Notes: generated by a model from the sequence alone, not told the origin. DNA of 64,000 nucleotides from Candidatus Nomurabacteria bacterium (GCA_943348815.1 CALQYT010000002.1:37129-101128), one strand, 5' to 3'; numbered from the stretch's first letter, positions 28,775 to 39,620 are shown. Numbers and translations: made by a program.

Positions 28775-29248
28775 TTAAGGGTATACAAGCTCAAACTGGC
28801 CAGTCACACAATCAAGAAGCCAGGCTTGAGAGTACTCAAGCGCACCATGCCTAATATTTTGTCCCAGCACGGCAGAGGCATATTGCCCGGGCAACCCCGA
28901 CCAGTCGCCGGTCAGCTCAAGATGGCCAACAACAATCACCGTGTCGGCCTCTTCGGCGAGGTCCATGGTAGGACCGAGGTATGGTGTATTTATTGCTCTG
29001 CTGAGCAAAGGGTCTTCCTCTGCTTGAGTGCCAAACTCCTCGGCGATAATCTTTGCGCTCAACCGACCTCTTGCCATATCGGAGCATTTTACTCGCACCA
29101 GAAGATTTTGCGGAATACGGGCACGGAGTTTCTTTGCAACCGAGCGAGTTTCCGCCTCTCCTTTTTCGGTGATCCCCTCCGGTGCGGGGGAGATCGTTGG
29201 TTCAGCGTGGCGAGTGACCACGATAAACCGGGCTCTTCGTTTTATCAT
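28775..29248 (-). CDS. histidine phosphatase superfamily (SixA-like) protein
   Basis: TRHAE, ITEKG, CSD..R, IVVGH; GGAG SD; own promoter and terminator. Confidence 0.65.
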   Translation of the reverse strand: MIKRRARFIVVTRHAEPTISPAPEGITEKGEAETRSVAKKLRARIPQNLLVRVKCSDMARGRLSAKIIAEEFGTQAEEDPLLSRAINTPYLGPTMDLAEEADTVIVVGHLELTGDWSGLPGQYASAVLGQNIRHGALEYSQAWLLDCVTGQFELVYP

Positions 29249-29419
29249 GCACGATCTCCCTTTTTGTGCTTTGAAAGAAAAATAACATTGCCTCAATGAT
29301 TGTCAATTTTTTAACACGATATGCTATACTCGTCCGTACCAACCCCCTGGAATAGCCGCGGGGGCTGTTTGCGTGGAAGGAAAAGTTGTGTACCCGTTCG
29401 GCAAGCTCAGGGTAAATCT

Positions 29420-32008
29420 ATGGAAGAGCATATTCATATCAAGGGGGCAAAGACCCACAACCTAAAAAACATCGACCTTAAAATCCCCAGAAATAAAATG
29501 GTGGTTTTTACGGGTTTGTCTGGCTCGGGCAAATCATCGCTCGCGTTTGATACTATTTTTGCCGAAGGGCAGCGCCGCTATATCGAAAGTTTGTCAGCCT
29601 ACGCGCGACAATTTTTGCGCCAGATGCAAAAACCCGATGTCGAGGAGATCACCGGACTTTCGCCCGCAATTTCTATCGATCAAAAATCGCGCAGCAATAA
29701 CCCACGCTCAACCGTGGCGACGATTACCGAAATTTATGACTACCTGCGCATTTTGTACGCGCGCGTGGGCAAGCCGCATTGTTTAATTTGCGGCCGCGAA
29801 ATACGCAAGCACTCGAACGAAGAAATAATCCAAAGTGTAGTTGAGACCGTTTCTTCTCATGTTCCTAAAAAAATCAAAAAAGTGATGGGGGTCGAGATCA
29901 GCGACGATGTGGTGCGGGTGTATGCGCCCGTGGTTGTCGGTCGCAAGGGCGAGTACTATCAATTACTTTACGATTTGTTGGGCAAGGGTTTTGAGCGTGC
30001 CAAAGTAGACGGCAAGCTTATTTCTTTGCGCGAGCGGGTTGAACTTTCGCGCCACAAAAAACACAGTATTGATGTGTTGGTAGATGAGCTTTTGATTTCT
30101 GAATTCCAGCGCGAAAAAAAGCCGGCAATCGAGCGTTTGTCCGAAGCCGTTGAACGTGCGCTGCAAGAGGCGGACGGCTTGGTCAAAATAGAGGAGGCAG
30201 GACAAGAGCGGATTATCTCGAGCAAATTCATGTGCGCCTATGACGGATTTTCTTTCCCCGAAGTTGAACCTCGTCTGTTTTCGTTTAACTCGCCGTATGG
30301 CGCATGCCCCCACTGTAACGGCTTGGGTACTAAACACTTTTGGTCCGATGAGCCGTGTCCGGAGTGTAAAGGCAAACGTCTGCGCCCCGAAGCGCTGCAT
30401 GTGTTTGTAAGCACGAAATCCGAAGCACGAAATCCGAAAAATATTGTAGACGTTACGAGTCAATCGATTAAAGAGGCGTATGATTTTTTTGAAGGACTTG
30501 AGCTTTCTAAAAAAGATCAAGAAATTTCTAAAACGGTCGTCAAAGAAATCTGTGCGCGGCTTAAATTTATGCTCGATGTGGGTCTCGACTACCTGACGCT
30601 CGATCGCAAGGCCAACACGCTCTCCGGCGGCGAGGCGCAGCGCATACGGCTGGCATCGCAGTTGGGGAGTGGGCTGGTGGGCGCTCTCTACGTGCTCGAC
30701 GAGCCGACGATCGGCTTGCACCAGCGTGACAACGAGCGGCTGATTAAAACACTGCTCAACCTGCGCGACTTAGGTAACACGATTATTGTGGTCGAACACG
30801 ACGAGGATACTATCTATTCTTCGGACTACATTGTCGACATTGGCCCGGGCGCCGGCGTGCACGGGGGCGAAATTGTAGTGGACGGTTGGCTCGAAAAATT
30901 ATTGACCGCTAAAAAGAATGACAGCGGCTCGGTCACGTTGTCCTACTTGCGCGGTGAAAAGGCAATAGAGGTGCCCGAGGAACGCCGCGAAAAAGATAAA
31001 GGCAGCCTCAAAATTAAAGGTGGCAACGCGCACAATATAAAAAACTTGGATGTCGAAGTGCCGCTCGGCCGACTATCGGTAATCACGGGTGTTTCCGGCT
31101 CGGGTAAATCGACCTTTTTGTACGACCTGGTGTATGAAAATTTGCGCGCGCGATTCGACAAAAGCCATCGCACCAACAAAGTGCACAACGCGGCTAAGTT
31201 TGAGGGTACCGAGCATCTGTCACGGGCAATACTTATCGACCAAAGTCCTATAGGCCGTACACCACGCTCTAACCCGGCAACCTACACGGGCGCGTTTTCG
31301 TTTGTGCGCGAGTTGTTTGCAGAGAGTTCGGAAGCTCGCGCTCGCGGATGGAAGGCGTCGCGCTTTTCGTTTAACGTCCCGCAGGCGCGCGGTGGCGGGC
31401 GTTGTGAGGCCTGCGAGGGCAACGGCATGATTGCCGTCGAAATGCACTTTTTGCCAACCGTCTACGTTACCTGCGATGTTTGCAATGGCAAACGGTTTAT
31501 GAAGGAGACGCTCGAGATTAAGTACAACAAAAAGAGCATTCACGACATACTCGAGATGACGATAGAGGAGGCCATCAAATTCTTTGGCGATATCCCGGCG
31601 ATCTATGATCGGCTCAAAACCTTGGAAGAGGTTGGTTTGGGGTATTTAAAACTGGGTCAATCGGCAACAACGCTCTCGGGTGGCGAGGCACAGCGCGTCA
31701 AAATCTCTGCGGAGTTGTATCGTCCTCACTTGCAAAAAACTATCTACTTGCTCGATGAGCCCACCGTTGGGTTGCACTACGAAGATGTCCGCAAACTCAT
31801 CGATATTCTCAATCGCCTGGTGGCAGCGGGGAATACGGTGCTCTTGATTGAGCACAATATGGACATCATCAAATCATCTGACTATGTGTTGGACTTTGGA
31901 CCCGAAGGCGGTGTGGGGGGCGGCAAATTGGTCGCCAAAGGCACCCCTGAGGATGTGGCTAACAATAAGAACTCCCACACAGGCAAATACTTGCGCAAAG
32001 TGTTATAA
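29420..32008 (+). CDS. uvrA: excinuclease ABC subunit A
   Basis: two ABC ATPase modules ([24 protein letters not shown] x2), zinc fingers. Confidence 0.97.
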   Translation: MEEHIHIKGAKTHNLKNIDLKIPRNKMVVFTGLSGSGKSSLAFDTIFAEGQRRYIESLSAYARQFLRQMQKPDVEEITGLSPAISIDQKSRSNNPRSTVATITEIYDYLRILYARVGKPHCLICGREIRKHSNEEIIQSVVETVSSHVPKKIKKVMGVEISDDVVRVYAPVVVGRKGEYYQLLYDLLGKGFERAKVDGKLISLRERVELSRHKKHSIDVLVDELLISEFQREKKPAIERLSEAVERALQEADGLVKIEEAGQERIISSKFMCAYDGFSFPEVEPRLFSFNSPYGACPHCNGLGTKHFWSDEPCPECKGKRLRPEALHVFVSTKSEARNPKNIVDVTSQSIKEAYDFFEGLELSKKDQEISKTVVKEICARLKFMLDVGLDYLTLDRKANTLSGGEAQRIRLASQLGSGLVGALYVLDEPTIGLHQRDNERLIKTLLNLRDLGNTIIVVEHDEDTIYSSDYIVDIGPGAGVHGGEIVVDGWLEKLLTAKKNDSGSVTLSYLRGEKAIEVPEERREKDKGSLKIKGGNAHNIKNLDVEVPLGRLSVITGVSGSGKSTFLYDLVYENLRARFDKSHRTNKVHNAAKFEGTEHLSRAILIDQSPIGRTPRSNPATYTGAFSFVRELFAESSEARARGWKASRFSFNVPQARGGGRCEACEGNGMIAVEMHFLPTVYVTCDVCNGKRFMKETLEIKYNKKSIHDILEMTIEEAIKFFGDIPAIYDRLKTLEEVGLGYLKLGQSATTLSGGEAQRVKISAELYRPHLQKTIYLLDEPTVGLHYEDVRKLIDILNRLVAAGNTVLLIEHNMDIIKSSDYVLDFGPEGGVGGGKLVAKGTPEDVANNKNSHTGKYLRKVL

Positions 32009-32017
32009 AAAGAGCGC

Positions 32018-33271
32018 ATGACGCTCGAGCAATTTAAGAAGAAGGCCAAGCAAATACCCGACTCGCCGGGAGTGTATTTCTTTCTTGGCCCGCCGAAGCC
32101 TCGGCGAAGGGGGCTTGGGCATACTAGAGAGATTCTCTACATTGGCAAGGCCACCAGTTTGCGCGACCGCGTGCGTAGCTACTTTGCTAACGATTTGGCC
32201 GAGACACGCGGGGCGCTGATTGTGCAAATGCTGGAGAAGGCAGTGTCTATTGATTTTAGAAAGACCGATTCGGTACTCGAAGCACTGTTGCTTGAATCGT
32301 CGCTGATACACTCGCACAAACCACCGCACAACACCGACTCCAAAGATGATAAGAGTTGGAATCATGTACTTATAACTGATGAAAATTTTCCCCAAGTGTT
32401 GGTAGTGCGGACGACCAATCTTGGGGAGTACAAGGCCAAAAAAATATTCGGTCCCTTCCCACATGGGCTCCAACTACGCGAGGCGATGAAATTAATCCGC
32501 CGAATATTTCCGTATCGCGATGAAAAATGCAAGCCAGGTCAAAAGAGGCCGTGCTTTAATCGCCAAATTGGTTTATGTCCCGGGGTCTGCACCGGCGAAA
32601 TTTCTGCAAAAGAATACCGCAAGACCGTGCGACACATTGTGTTGTTGTTTGAGGGCAAGAAAAAGCAACTCCTTAAGAGCTTGGCCAAAGAGATGCGCGC
32701 CGCCGCAAAAGAAGAAAATTTTGAACAAGCAAAAGAGCTTCACCGGCAACTATACGCACTGCAACATATCCAGGACATTTCGCTGATAAAATCCGAATAT
32801 CGAAATCCGAAATTTGATGGTTTAGCATATCGGATTGAGGCGTACGATATCGCACATCTGCAGGGTTCGGCTCATGTCGGAGTAATGACCGTAGTCGAGG
32901 GCGGGGAGGCGGCCAAAAGTCAGTATCGTAAGTTTAAAATCAAAACCGCCAAGCAGGGTGACGATCCGGGCGCCTTGCGCGAGGTGTTGAGTCGCCGCCT
33001 GGGGCACGACGAGTGGCCACTACCACGATTGATAGTGGTAGACGGCTCGACCGCGCAGATTAATGCCGCCCAAACGGTGCTTGCTGAGTACGGTATGAGT
33101 ATCCCGGTGGTCGGTGTAGTGAAGGACGAAAAGCATCGACCGCGCAATATTTTAGGTGGTCGCGAACTTATTAAAACTAAAGAACGCGAGATTTTGCTTG
33201 CCAATGCCGAAGCCCATCGGTTTGCTATTGGGTATCATCGCAACAAAAGTCGTAAGAATCTCGTTATATAA
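32018..33271 (+). CDS. uvrC: excinuclease ABC subunit C (short form)
   Basis: PGVY..YIGKA GIY-YIG, Cys-rich region, UVR domain, RIEAYDIAH..DG RNase H-like domain; no C-terminal HhH. Confidence 0.9.
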   Translation: MTLEQFKKKAKQIPDSPGVYFFLGPPKPRRRGLGHTREILYIGKATSLRDRVRSYFANDLAETRGALIVQMLEKAVSIDFRKTDSVLEALLLESSLIHSHKPPHNTDSKDDKSWNHVLITDENFPQVLVVRTTNLGEYKAKKIFGPFPHGLQLREAMKLIRRIFPYRDEKCKPGQKRPCFNRQIGLCPGVCTGEISAKEYRKTVRHIVLLFEGKKKQLLKSLAKEMRAAAKEENFEQAKELHRQLYALQHIQDISLIKSEYRNPKFDGLAYRIEAYDIAHLQGSAHVGVMTVVEGGEAAKSQYRKFKIKTAKQGDDPGALREVLSRRLGHDEWPLPRLIVVDGSTAQINAAQTVLAEYGMSIPVVGVVKDEKHRPRNILGGRELIKTKEREILLANAEAHRFAIGYHRNKSRKNLVI

Positions 33272-33280
33272 TTAACGGAT

Positions 33281-34243
33281 ATGCGCACAGTCGTAGCGGT
33301 AGTTCGCGGTGGCCCAAGCTCGGAGTACGGCGTGTCTCTAAAAACCGGCGCCTCGGTACTGGAATCGCTGGATAGAGAAAAGTACGAGCCGCGCGATATT
33401 TTTATTGATCGCATGGGCAATTGGCACTTGCACGGAGTGTTGGTACCACCCGAAAAGGCTCTTTTTGGCACCGATGTAGCGTTTAATGCCCTGCATGGCG
33501 AGTTTGGCGAGGATGGCGGCGTACAGCGACTTTTTGAGCGCCTAGGCATGCCTTATACGGGCTCTGGCCCGGTTTCATCGGCGACGGCCTTTAACAAACA
33601 TCTGACCAAAGAGCAGGCGCGGAGGTTTGGCGTCAAAGTGGCTCATGGGGTAGTGGCAGACCGCTCGGATGATATCGAGGCCCTCAGTCATCAGCTATTC
33701 CGTAGTATGCCGCACCCGGTGATTGTAAAGCCGGTCGCGGGCGGATCGTCGGTAGCAACGACAATCGCTCATAATTTTCAACAACTACAAAATGCGCTCG
33801 GTACGGCATTTGATCACTCGCCGCAGGCATTGGTTGAGGAATTTATCAAAGGTCGCGAGGCGACGGTTGGTGTGATTGATAATTTTAGGAATCAAAAGAC
33901 CTACGCGCTTATGCCGGTCGAAATAATCCCGCCCTCGCATCAGCCTTTCTTTTCGTACGATGCGAAATACGGCGGCGAAACTATCGAGCGCGTGCCGGGC
34001 AACTTTTCGCATGCAGAAACTACTGAGTTAGAAAAGATAGCAAAGTTGGTGCACGAAGGTCTCAACCTCAGCCACTACTCACGCTCTGACTTTATTATTT
34101 CGCGTCGGGGTATTTATTTTCTCGAAGTTAATACGTTGCCGGGTCTTACCTCTGAGTCTCTGCTGCCTAAAGCATTGCGTGCAGTAGGCTCTTCTCTCGG
34201 ACAATTCATCGACCATGTGATACAGTTGGCCCGCCGTCGCTAA
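33281..34243 (+). CDS. ddl: D-alanine--D-alanine ligase
   Basis: GGPSSEYGVS, LHGEFGEDG, VKP..GGSS, YDAKY, LEVNTLPG. Confidence 0.95.
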   Translation: MRTVVAVVRGGPSSEYGVSLKTGASVLESLDREKYEPRDIFIDRMGNWHLHGVLVPPEKALFGTDVAFNALHGEFGEDGGVQRLFERLGMPYTGSGPVSSATAFNKHLTKEQARRFGVKVAHGVVADRSDDIEALSHQLFRSMPHPVIVKPVAGGSSVATTIAHNFQQLQNALGTAFDHSPQALVEEFIKGREATVGVIDNFRNQKTYALMPVEIIPPSHQPFFSYDAKYGGETIERVPGNFSHAETTELEKIAKLVHEGLNLSHYSRSDFIISRRGIYFLEVNTLPGLTSESLLPKALRAVGSSLGQFIDHVIQLARRR

Positions 34244-34273
34244 AGCTATGGCGGGGCAAGCCCGCAAAACGAA

Positions 34274-34606
34274 ATGAGTAAATTATCTAAGAAAAAATGT
34301 ATACCGTGCGAGGGTGGGGTAGTGCCGCTGACTGAAGCGCAGGCCAAGACCATGATGCCCGAGCTCGATCAGGGTTGGATGCTTATCGATGGCGGCCGCA
34401 TGTTGGCTAAAAGTTTTAATTTTAAAAACTTTGTCGAGACGATGAAGTTTGTAAATAAAATTGCTGACGTTGCCGAAGAAGAAAATCATCACCCGATGAT
34501 GACGGTTACGTATAACATGCTTTCGATCGAGCTTATGACCGACGCCATTCAGGGTCTTTCAGAAAACGATTTTATTTTGGCGGCGAAGATTGATGAGTTG
34601 AATTAA
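34274..34606 (+). CDS. pterin-4-alpha-carbinolamine dehydratase
   Basis: CIPCEGG, AEEENHHP, LSENDFILAAKID. Confidence 0.88.
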   Translation: MSKLSKKKCIPCEGGVVPLTEAQAKTMMPELDQGWMLIDGGRMLAKSFNFKNFVETMKFVNKIADVAEEENHHPMMTVTYNMLSIELMTDAIQGLSENDFILAAKIDELN

Positions 34607-35679
34607 TGGAAAGGAAGTCAAAAATTGTTTGGAACAAACCTGACGACGACACCTTAGGCAGGCCAAAGTCCCTACCTGCAACTGAGTCGATAGACAAAGT
34701 TCAAGAGGCCCGAGAAAAAATGGCCAAGATGCCCGAAGGTGTCATGACGAAAAGACTGTTGGGACATTTTGCACCCGTATCGACCATAGAGACAATTCTC
34801 TCGGAGGGTATATTATCTCCAGCAGAACAGAAACGACAATACGGACGCGTTGCTAAAGGAGTAGATCCTGCTTTGCAAAGGATTTTATGTGCTTGGGATT
34901 ATATTTCTGTCTTAGACCCGTGGACAGGATACGGCACTAATCCCCAAGTTATTGCTAACCTGAAAAAGGCACTCCCTCAAATCAGCGCAAAATTACGACC
35001 ATACGCAGCATCAACCCTACCGCGCTATGAAGATACAAAAGCCCTGATTGCGTATATAGACAATAATTTCGTTCATTTCCAGGGAAATGCACTGGAATGG
35101 AATCTCGCACGTTTAACAGGAAATACAAAAAATTTGAGGATTGAGACGACGTTTGAGCATGCAGTAGATCCGCAGTATCGAGATGTCGTTGCGGAGGTCA
35201 ACCAAATATTTGAAGAAGCAGCAATGTATGTTGGCGACTTACCTGATTACTCCAAGGACTATCTGCCAGTTAGTGAATATGGAACAAAAGCCTTTCCTCC
35301 CCACCTATATGGAAAAGATGGCGAGATAAATCCTGCAGAGGTTTTCCATGACTTTAAAACGATGCTTTTGATAGATCCTGCAAAAGAACGGTTTGCGGGA
35401 CCAAGTGCGTGGCCTGCACCGGAGTCTCTAGTGAAAAACAAAATCTCCCCTAAAGATATCGTCGGAATTATTATGGCAGATCCGCACCCAAATTCGAAGG
35501 ATCATCCAAAATTTCGTCTCCCAGATAACTATGAAAAACATATTTTAAATCTTGCACAAAAGTCGGGTACACCACTGTATCGTTGGAAGGAAGAAGTAAG
35601 GAATTGGAAGCAGCGTGCACAGGCTAGCGATTTGGAGTTGATTTGGCCAAAAAACGACGGATCGAGTTCCATCTCCTGA
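34606..35679 (+). CDS. hypothetical protein, possible ADP-ribosyltransferase-like fold
   Basis: GHF...IETILSEGILS, YISV, ESLVKNKISPKDIVGI. Confidence 0.5.
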   Translation: MERKSKIVWNKPDDDTLGRPKSLPATESIDKVQEAREKMAKMPEGVMTKRLLGHFAPVSTIETILSEGILSPAEQKRQYGRVAKGVDPALQRILCAWDYISVLDPWTGYGTNPQVIANLKKALPQISAKLRPYAASTLPRYEDTKALIAYIDNNFVHFQGNALEWNLARLTGNTKNLRIETTFEHAVDPQYRDVVAEVNQIFEEAAMYVGDLPDYSKDYLPVSEYGTKAFPPHLYGKDGEINPAEVFHDFKTMLLIDPAKERFAGPSAWPAPESLVKNKISPKDIVGIIMADPHPNSKDHPKFRLPDNYEKHILNLAQKSGTPLYRWKEEVRNWKQRAQASDLELIWPKNDGSSSIS

Positions 35680-35686
35680 AACGTTG

Positions 35687-35759
35687 TGGACCCGACCGGG
35701 ATCGAACCGGTTACCTCCTCATTGCAAATGAGGCGCTCTACCAAGTGAGCTACGGGCCC
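35687..35759 (-). tRNA. tRNA-Ala(TGC)
   Basis: cloverleaf, G3:U70 pair, anticodon loop TTTGCAA. Confidence 0.95.
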
Positions 35760-35815
35760 GTAGGGGCGTCGCTCATACTGTACAGCAAATCTTTTTTCTC
35801 TGCTACTATTGAAGT

Positions 35816-36109
35816 ATGAAATCCGTGCTCGGTGTTGCGATTATGTTGGCGCTCCTTACGGGAGGTTTTGTGCACGCTGTGGTGCCGCACGACGATGGAG
35901 ACGACCACCACACGGCCACGGGCGTAGTGTGGGGGAGCTTGCACGCTGCTATACAACACGAGGACAAGCAAGTTGCCGCGCTACCCGCGATGTTTTTCTT
36001 GGCGATTTTGTCGGTACTATTTGTTGAACTCTGTTTTGTATCATTTCGTTTAATCCCCGCGCGCGACGAGCTGCGCAGAGGCATAGCAGCATATAGGCGG
36101 TTTGGCTAA
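35816..36109 (+). CDS. small His/Asp-rich membrane protein
   Basis: signal/TM, VHAVVPHDDGDDHH, second TM; first gene of the copper cluster. Confidence 0.55.
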   Translation: MKSVLGVAIMLALLTGGFVHAVVPHDDGDDHHTATGVVWGSLHAAIQHEDKQVAALPAMFFLAILSVLFVELCFVSFRLIPARDELRRGIAAYRRFG

Positions 36110-36148
36110 CGAAGAGACCTTTCTCTTATTTGCGTTAGCTAAGCAAAA

Positions 36149-36829
36149 ATGAAAAAAATTCTGTTTGTTTGTTCGGCACTGTTTTTGTGCGCGCCTTTTT
36201 TGGCGAGTGCGCATCAGCATGGGACGTTTACCTTCGGCGGTTCAACCTACAGCTTTGTGGTGGGCTCGCTCAACGAGCCGGTCGCCGTTGATGACAAAAC
36301 CGGTGTCGACCTCACGGTTACCAAAGGTGCGGGGACGCCGACGATGTCAGCTGACGGTGACATGGATGGTATGCCAAAAAGTTCGACCCCGGTAACCGGT
36401 TTGGAGAAGACGCTGCAGGTTGAGCTTTCTGCCGGAGGAAAGACCAAAGTTCTCGCGCTCTCTCCCGCCTATGGCAAACCGGGTTCTTACACCGCGCCGT
36501 TTTATCCGACCGTTGCGACCTCTCTTTCGTACCGTTTTTTCGGCACGATTGATGGTACGAAAGTAAATATTACTTTTGTTTGCCGGCCAGAAGGTGCAAC
36601 CGCAATCGACGAAGGACAAAAAGATCTCGGCGGTGGCGTGATGCAAGTGTCCAAAATGGGTGGGTTTGGCTGCCCGATGGATAAAGCGTCGATGGGCTTC
36701 CCTGAACAGTCAGCGTCGGTCATCTCATTGAGTAGCGACAGCAATAGCGCGCGCACCTACTCATACGCAGGCATCGTGCTTGGCGCGGTCGCGTTGGTGT
36801 TTGGGTTGATGTGCCGCCGCAGCAACTAA
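36149..36829 (+). CDS. exported, C-terminally anchored protein (possibly metal-binding)
   Basis: ASA-HQH mature N-terminus, VVGSLNEP, Met-rich loop, C-terminal TM. Confidence 0.6.
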   Translation: MKKILFVCSALFLCAPFLASAHQHGTFTFGGSTYSFVVGSLNEPVAVDDKTGVDLTVTKGAGTPTMSADGDMDGMPKSSTPVTGLEKTLQVELSAGGKTKVLALSPAYGKPGSYTAPFYPTVATSLSYRFFGTIDGTKVNITFVCRPEGATAIDEGQKDLGGGVMQVSKMGGFGCPMDKASMGFPEQSASVISLSSDSNSARTYSYAGIVLGAVALVFGLMCRRSN

Positions 36830-36834
36830 GCACG

Positions 36835-39582
36835 ATGCGGAAGATTGCAGCCATAGTGCTCGTGCTTGCCTGCGCGCCGCTCTTAGCGAGCGCGCACGCC
36901 ACACCCGTCTCATACGAGCCGGCGTCTTCTGCCGTGCTCACAAACCCTCCTAAAGAGGTTTCGATCCACTTTAGCGAAAGGGCAGATGCGGCAGCCAGTT
37001 CGTTGCAAGTACTTGCGCCGGATGGCGAGGTGGTGTCGCAGGGGAGTCCGCGCGTCGCACAGGGCGACGCGCGAGTGCTCTCTGTGTCTATCGTTGCAAC
37101 GACGAGCGGTACCTACGTGGTTAATTGGAGCGTCGTGTCGGCAGATGACGGGCACTTTACCAAAGGAGGTTACTTGTTTGCCGTTGGACAAGCGGTTGAT
37201 GCCTCTAAACAAACGTCCTCGTTTGAGTTAGTGACCACCAACAACATTCCCGAAGCACTCGGCATGACGGTCGAGTTAATGGGGCATGGGTTACTGTGGG
37301 CAATCCTATTATTTTTTGTATTCGCATTACGGCCGGTCTTAGGGCGTTTTATTGCTGAAAAACCCCTGTTGCGTCGATTGCATGCACGAGTGCTTTTTGG
37401 CGCCATCGCACTCGTCATACTGGGCGGACTGTTGCAGCTTTACACCAAGTCGTCTGATCTTTCGAGCTTGCATAGTGTTGGATTGCTCTCCGCCTTTTGG
37501 CTGTATCTCGGCACTTCGGCTGGGTTAGCCACACTCGTTCGTATGGGAGCCGCCACAATTATTGCGATCGTTTTTGCTTTTGCAAGAAAAAAGATTTTTG
37601 ATTCTGCGCATTTTACGCTGTGGGAGGGAATAATTTTTGGACTACTCTGTATTTTTGCTTTCGCGCGGGCAGTTATTAGCCACGCTACCGCAAACCCTTT
37701 TCATCCGTATTTTTCTATCCTCGTTAACTTTTTCCACGTAATAGAGAAGGACGTGTGGGCCGGTCTGCTATTTATTCTGCTCTTGCTACTGCTTATGCCG
37801 CGCCTGCGCGGGGTCTTTAGTGCGGTCGTGCAACGGGTGTTTGTGATGCTTTTGTGGGATGCAGCGGCTGTTGCGGTAACGGCAAGCTACATCGTATGGC
37901 TGCATCTAAAAAGTTTTAACAATCTCTTTTCGACCGAATGGGGGACCGCGTTTTTATACTTGCTTTGCGCCGCAGTGGTGTTGGTGCTGGTGCGGACTTG
38001 GAGCACGTGGGCACTTTGGCGCGGCCATGCCAAACAGCTCCCACTGGCGCTTGGTACAGAATTTATTTTTGCGGTGTTCGTAATCTACTTCTCGAGCATC
38101 GTTATTATTACCTCACCGCCGCTGTTAACGCCGCCAACTAAAGTTTTTAGCACCACGAGCCAAGGGATGACGATTAATCTTGGGCGCGACACTTCAGATG
38201 ATTCCGCGCTTTTGTTGCGCGCGGGCGGTGCGCCAACGGTTAGGATCGACTCACTCTCGGTCGACGCACACGCCCGTTATCCGGGTGCCTACGACATTCC
38301 TTTGGCCTTGCTTACCGGGACTACTACACACACAGTTTCGATCACCGTGCCACAGCAGAGGAGCTATGATGCGCACGCTGAGTTTGAAGTTACAAAAAGT
38401 GATTTTGTGCCACCGGCAGGATGGGAGTCGCAGCGACCGTTCGACTTTTTTACCATCGCGATAATCGTACTGGCTTTGTTGGCACTCTTATACTCCTTTG
38501 GTCTTTTGTGGATTTTGCGGCACACAAACGCACCTCCTATGTTGGTGGGCGCTACGACGCTTCAGGTCGCTGGCGCTGTGGTAGCGGCAAGTGTGGTTGG
38601 TATAGGATTTTTTGCCATCGTCATGAGTCTGGGCCTGGCAAATCCCTTTAAGGCGCTCTGCGAGAGCGACGGTAACAGGTGGCACACGATGCCGCCCAGC
38701 ATAGCGGGTGTCGCGACCAGTATGACCCCGCGCGAGGGCTGCATGTGGGGGATGGGTAGTTACACTTATCTTTTTGCCGATCAACAAGAATATAAATATT
38801 ATGAATCATTGCCACACGCAGAAGTTTCGCTCGCGGCGTCGCCAAAAATATTGGTTGCCGGAGTGCCCACCACGCTTACCGTATCGCTCACAAATGCAGA
38901 CGGGACTCCGGCGACGCTGTTTGTCGATATGGAAAAGTTGGTGCACTTGGTAATTGTCAGCAAAGACGAAACTACGTTTGCGCATATTCATGCCGCGCAA
39001 ACTGGCGACGAAATTGCGGCGTCGACTTATCACTTTACATACACCTTCCCCAAAGCGGGGGAATACTTAGTGTCAGCCGACTATGCACATGGACTGACAT
39101 TCGAATCAAAACAATTTGTAGTTATGGTCAGAGGTGCTCCGACACAAACAGTACAAGCAAAAGAGTATCCATCGCCCGGCGCTTTTGGCGGTTACCAAGT
39201 TGCGCTTAAATACGCGCTGCCGCTTGCCGGCAAAGTAGCAACGCTGCAATACACGATTACTAAAGATGACAAACCAATTACTACGATTGAGCCGTATCTT
39301 TCGGCTGCAGCGCATGTATCGATAGTAAAAAATGATTTCTCAACTTTTATTCATACGCACGGTGAGTTGCATCCGCCCGGCGTGCCGCTGCCGCCTATCG
39401 TCGTTAAAAACGGCCAAGTAGTGCACACGATGGCACAAATGATGAATGTGCCCGAGCATTTTGGCCCGCTGGTGGAAACGCATCTTATTTTCGGAACGGC
39501 GGGGCTGTATACGGTTTGGGCAGAGTTTAAAGTAAACGGTACGGTAATTCCTACCGCATTTACGGTGCGGGTGGAAGAGTAG
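36835..39582 (+). CDS. CopC/CopD copper-transport fusion with extra extracellular heavy-metal domains
   Basis: ASA-HA...P CopC start, WSVVSADDGH, CopD-like TMs (SHA, H), two C-terminal HLV..S.D...F.H.H...G.Y domains. Confidence 0.8.
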   Translation: MRKIAAIVLVLACAPLLASAHATPVSYEPASSAVLTNPPKEVSIHFSERADAAASSLQVLAPDGEVVSQGSPRVAQGDARVLSVSIVATTSGTYVVNWSVVSADDGHFTKGGYLFAVGQAVDASKQTSSFELVTTNNIPEALGMTVELMGHGLLWAILLFFVFALRPVLGRFIAEKPLLRRLHARVLFGAIALVILGGLLQLYTKSSDLSSLHSVGLLSAFWLYLGTSAGLATLVRMGAATIIAIVFAFARKKIFDSAHFTLWEGIIFGLLCIFAFARAVISHATANPFHPYFSILVNFFHVIEKDVWAGLLFILLLLLLMPRLRGVFSAVVQRVFVMLLWDAAAVAVTASYIVWLHLKSFNNLFSTEWGTAFLYLLCAAVVLVLVRTWSTWALWRGHAKQLPLALGTEFIFAVFVIYFSSIVIITSPPLLTPPTKVFSTTSQGMTINLGRDTSDDSALLLRAGGAPTVRIDSLSVDAHARYPGAYDIPLALLTGTTTHTVSITVPQQRSYDAHAEFEVTKSDFVPPAGWESQRPFDFFTIAIIVLALLALLYSFGLLWILRHTNAPPMLVGATTLQVAGAVVAASVVGIGFFAIVMSLGLANPFKALCESDGNRWHTMPPSIAGVATSMTPREGCMWGMGSYTYLFADQQEYKYYESLPHAEVSLAASPKILVAGVPTTLTVSLTNADGTPATLFVDMEKLVHLVIVSKDETTFAHIHAAQTGDEIAASTYHFTYTFPKAGEYLVSADYAHGLTFESKQFVVMVRGAPTQTVQAKEYPSPGAFGGYQVALKYALPLAGKVATLQYTITKDDKPITTIEPYLSAAAHVSIVKNDFSTFIHTHGELHPPGVPLPPIVVKNGQVVHTMAQMMNVPEHFGPLVETHLIFGTAGLYTVWAEFKVNGTVIPTAFTVRVEE

Positions 39583-39620
39583 CTTTTTATTTTGACTAAT
39601 TTCCGCTATAGTTTCCGTGC

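Noticed and set aside
29321-29419. uvrA start at 29321
   Set aside because: The extension is non-homologous and runs through palindrome family B; UvrA homology begins at 29420. A leaderless alternative start cannot be fully excluded.
26400-33271. LexA/SOS boxes upstream of uvr genes
   Set aside because: No shared recognisable operator is visible upstream of uvrB and uvrA.
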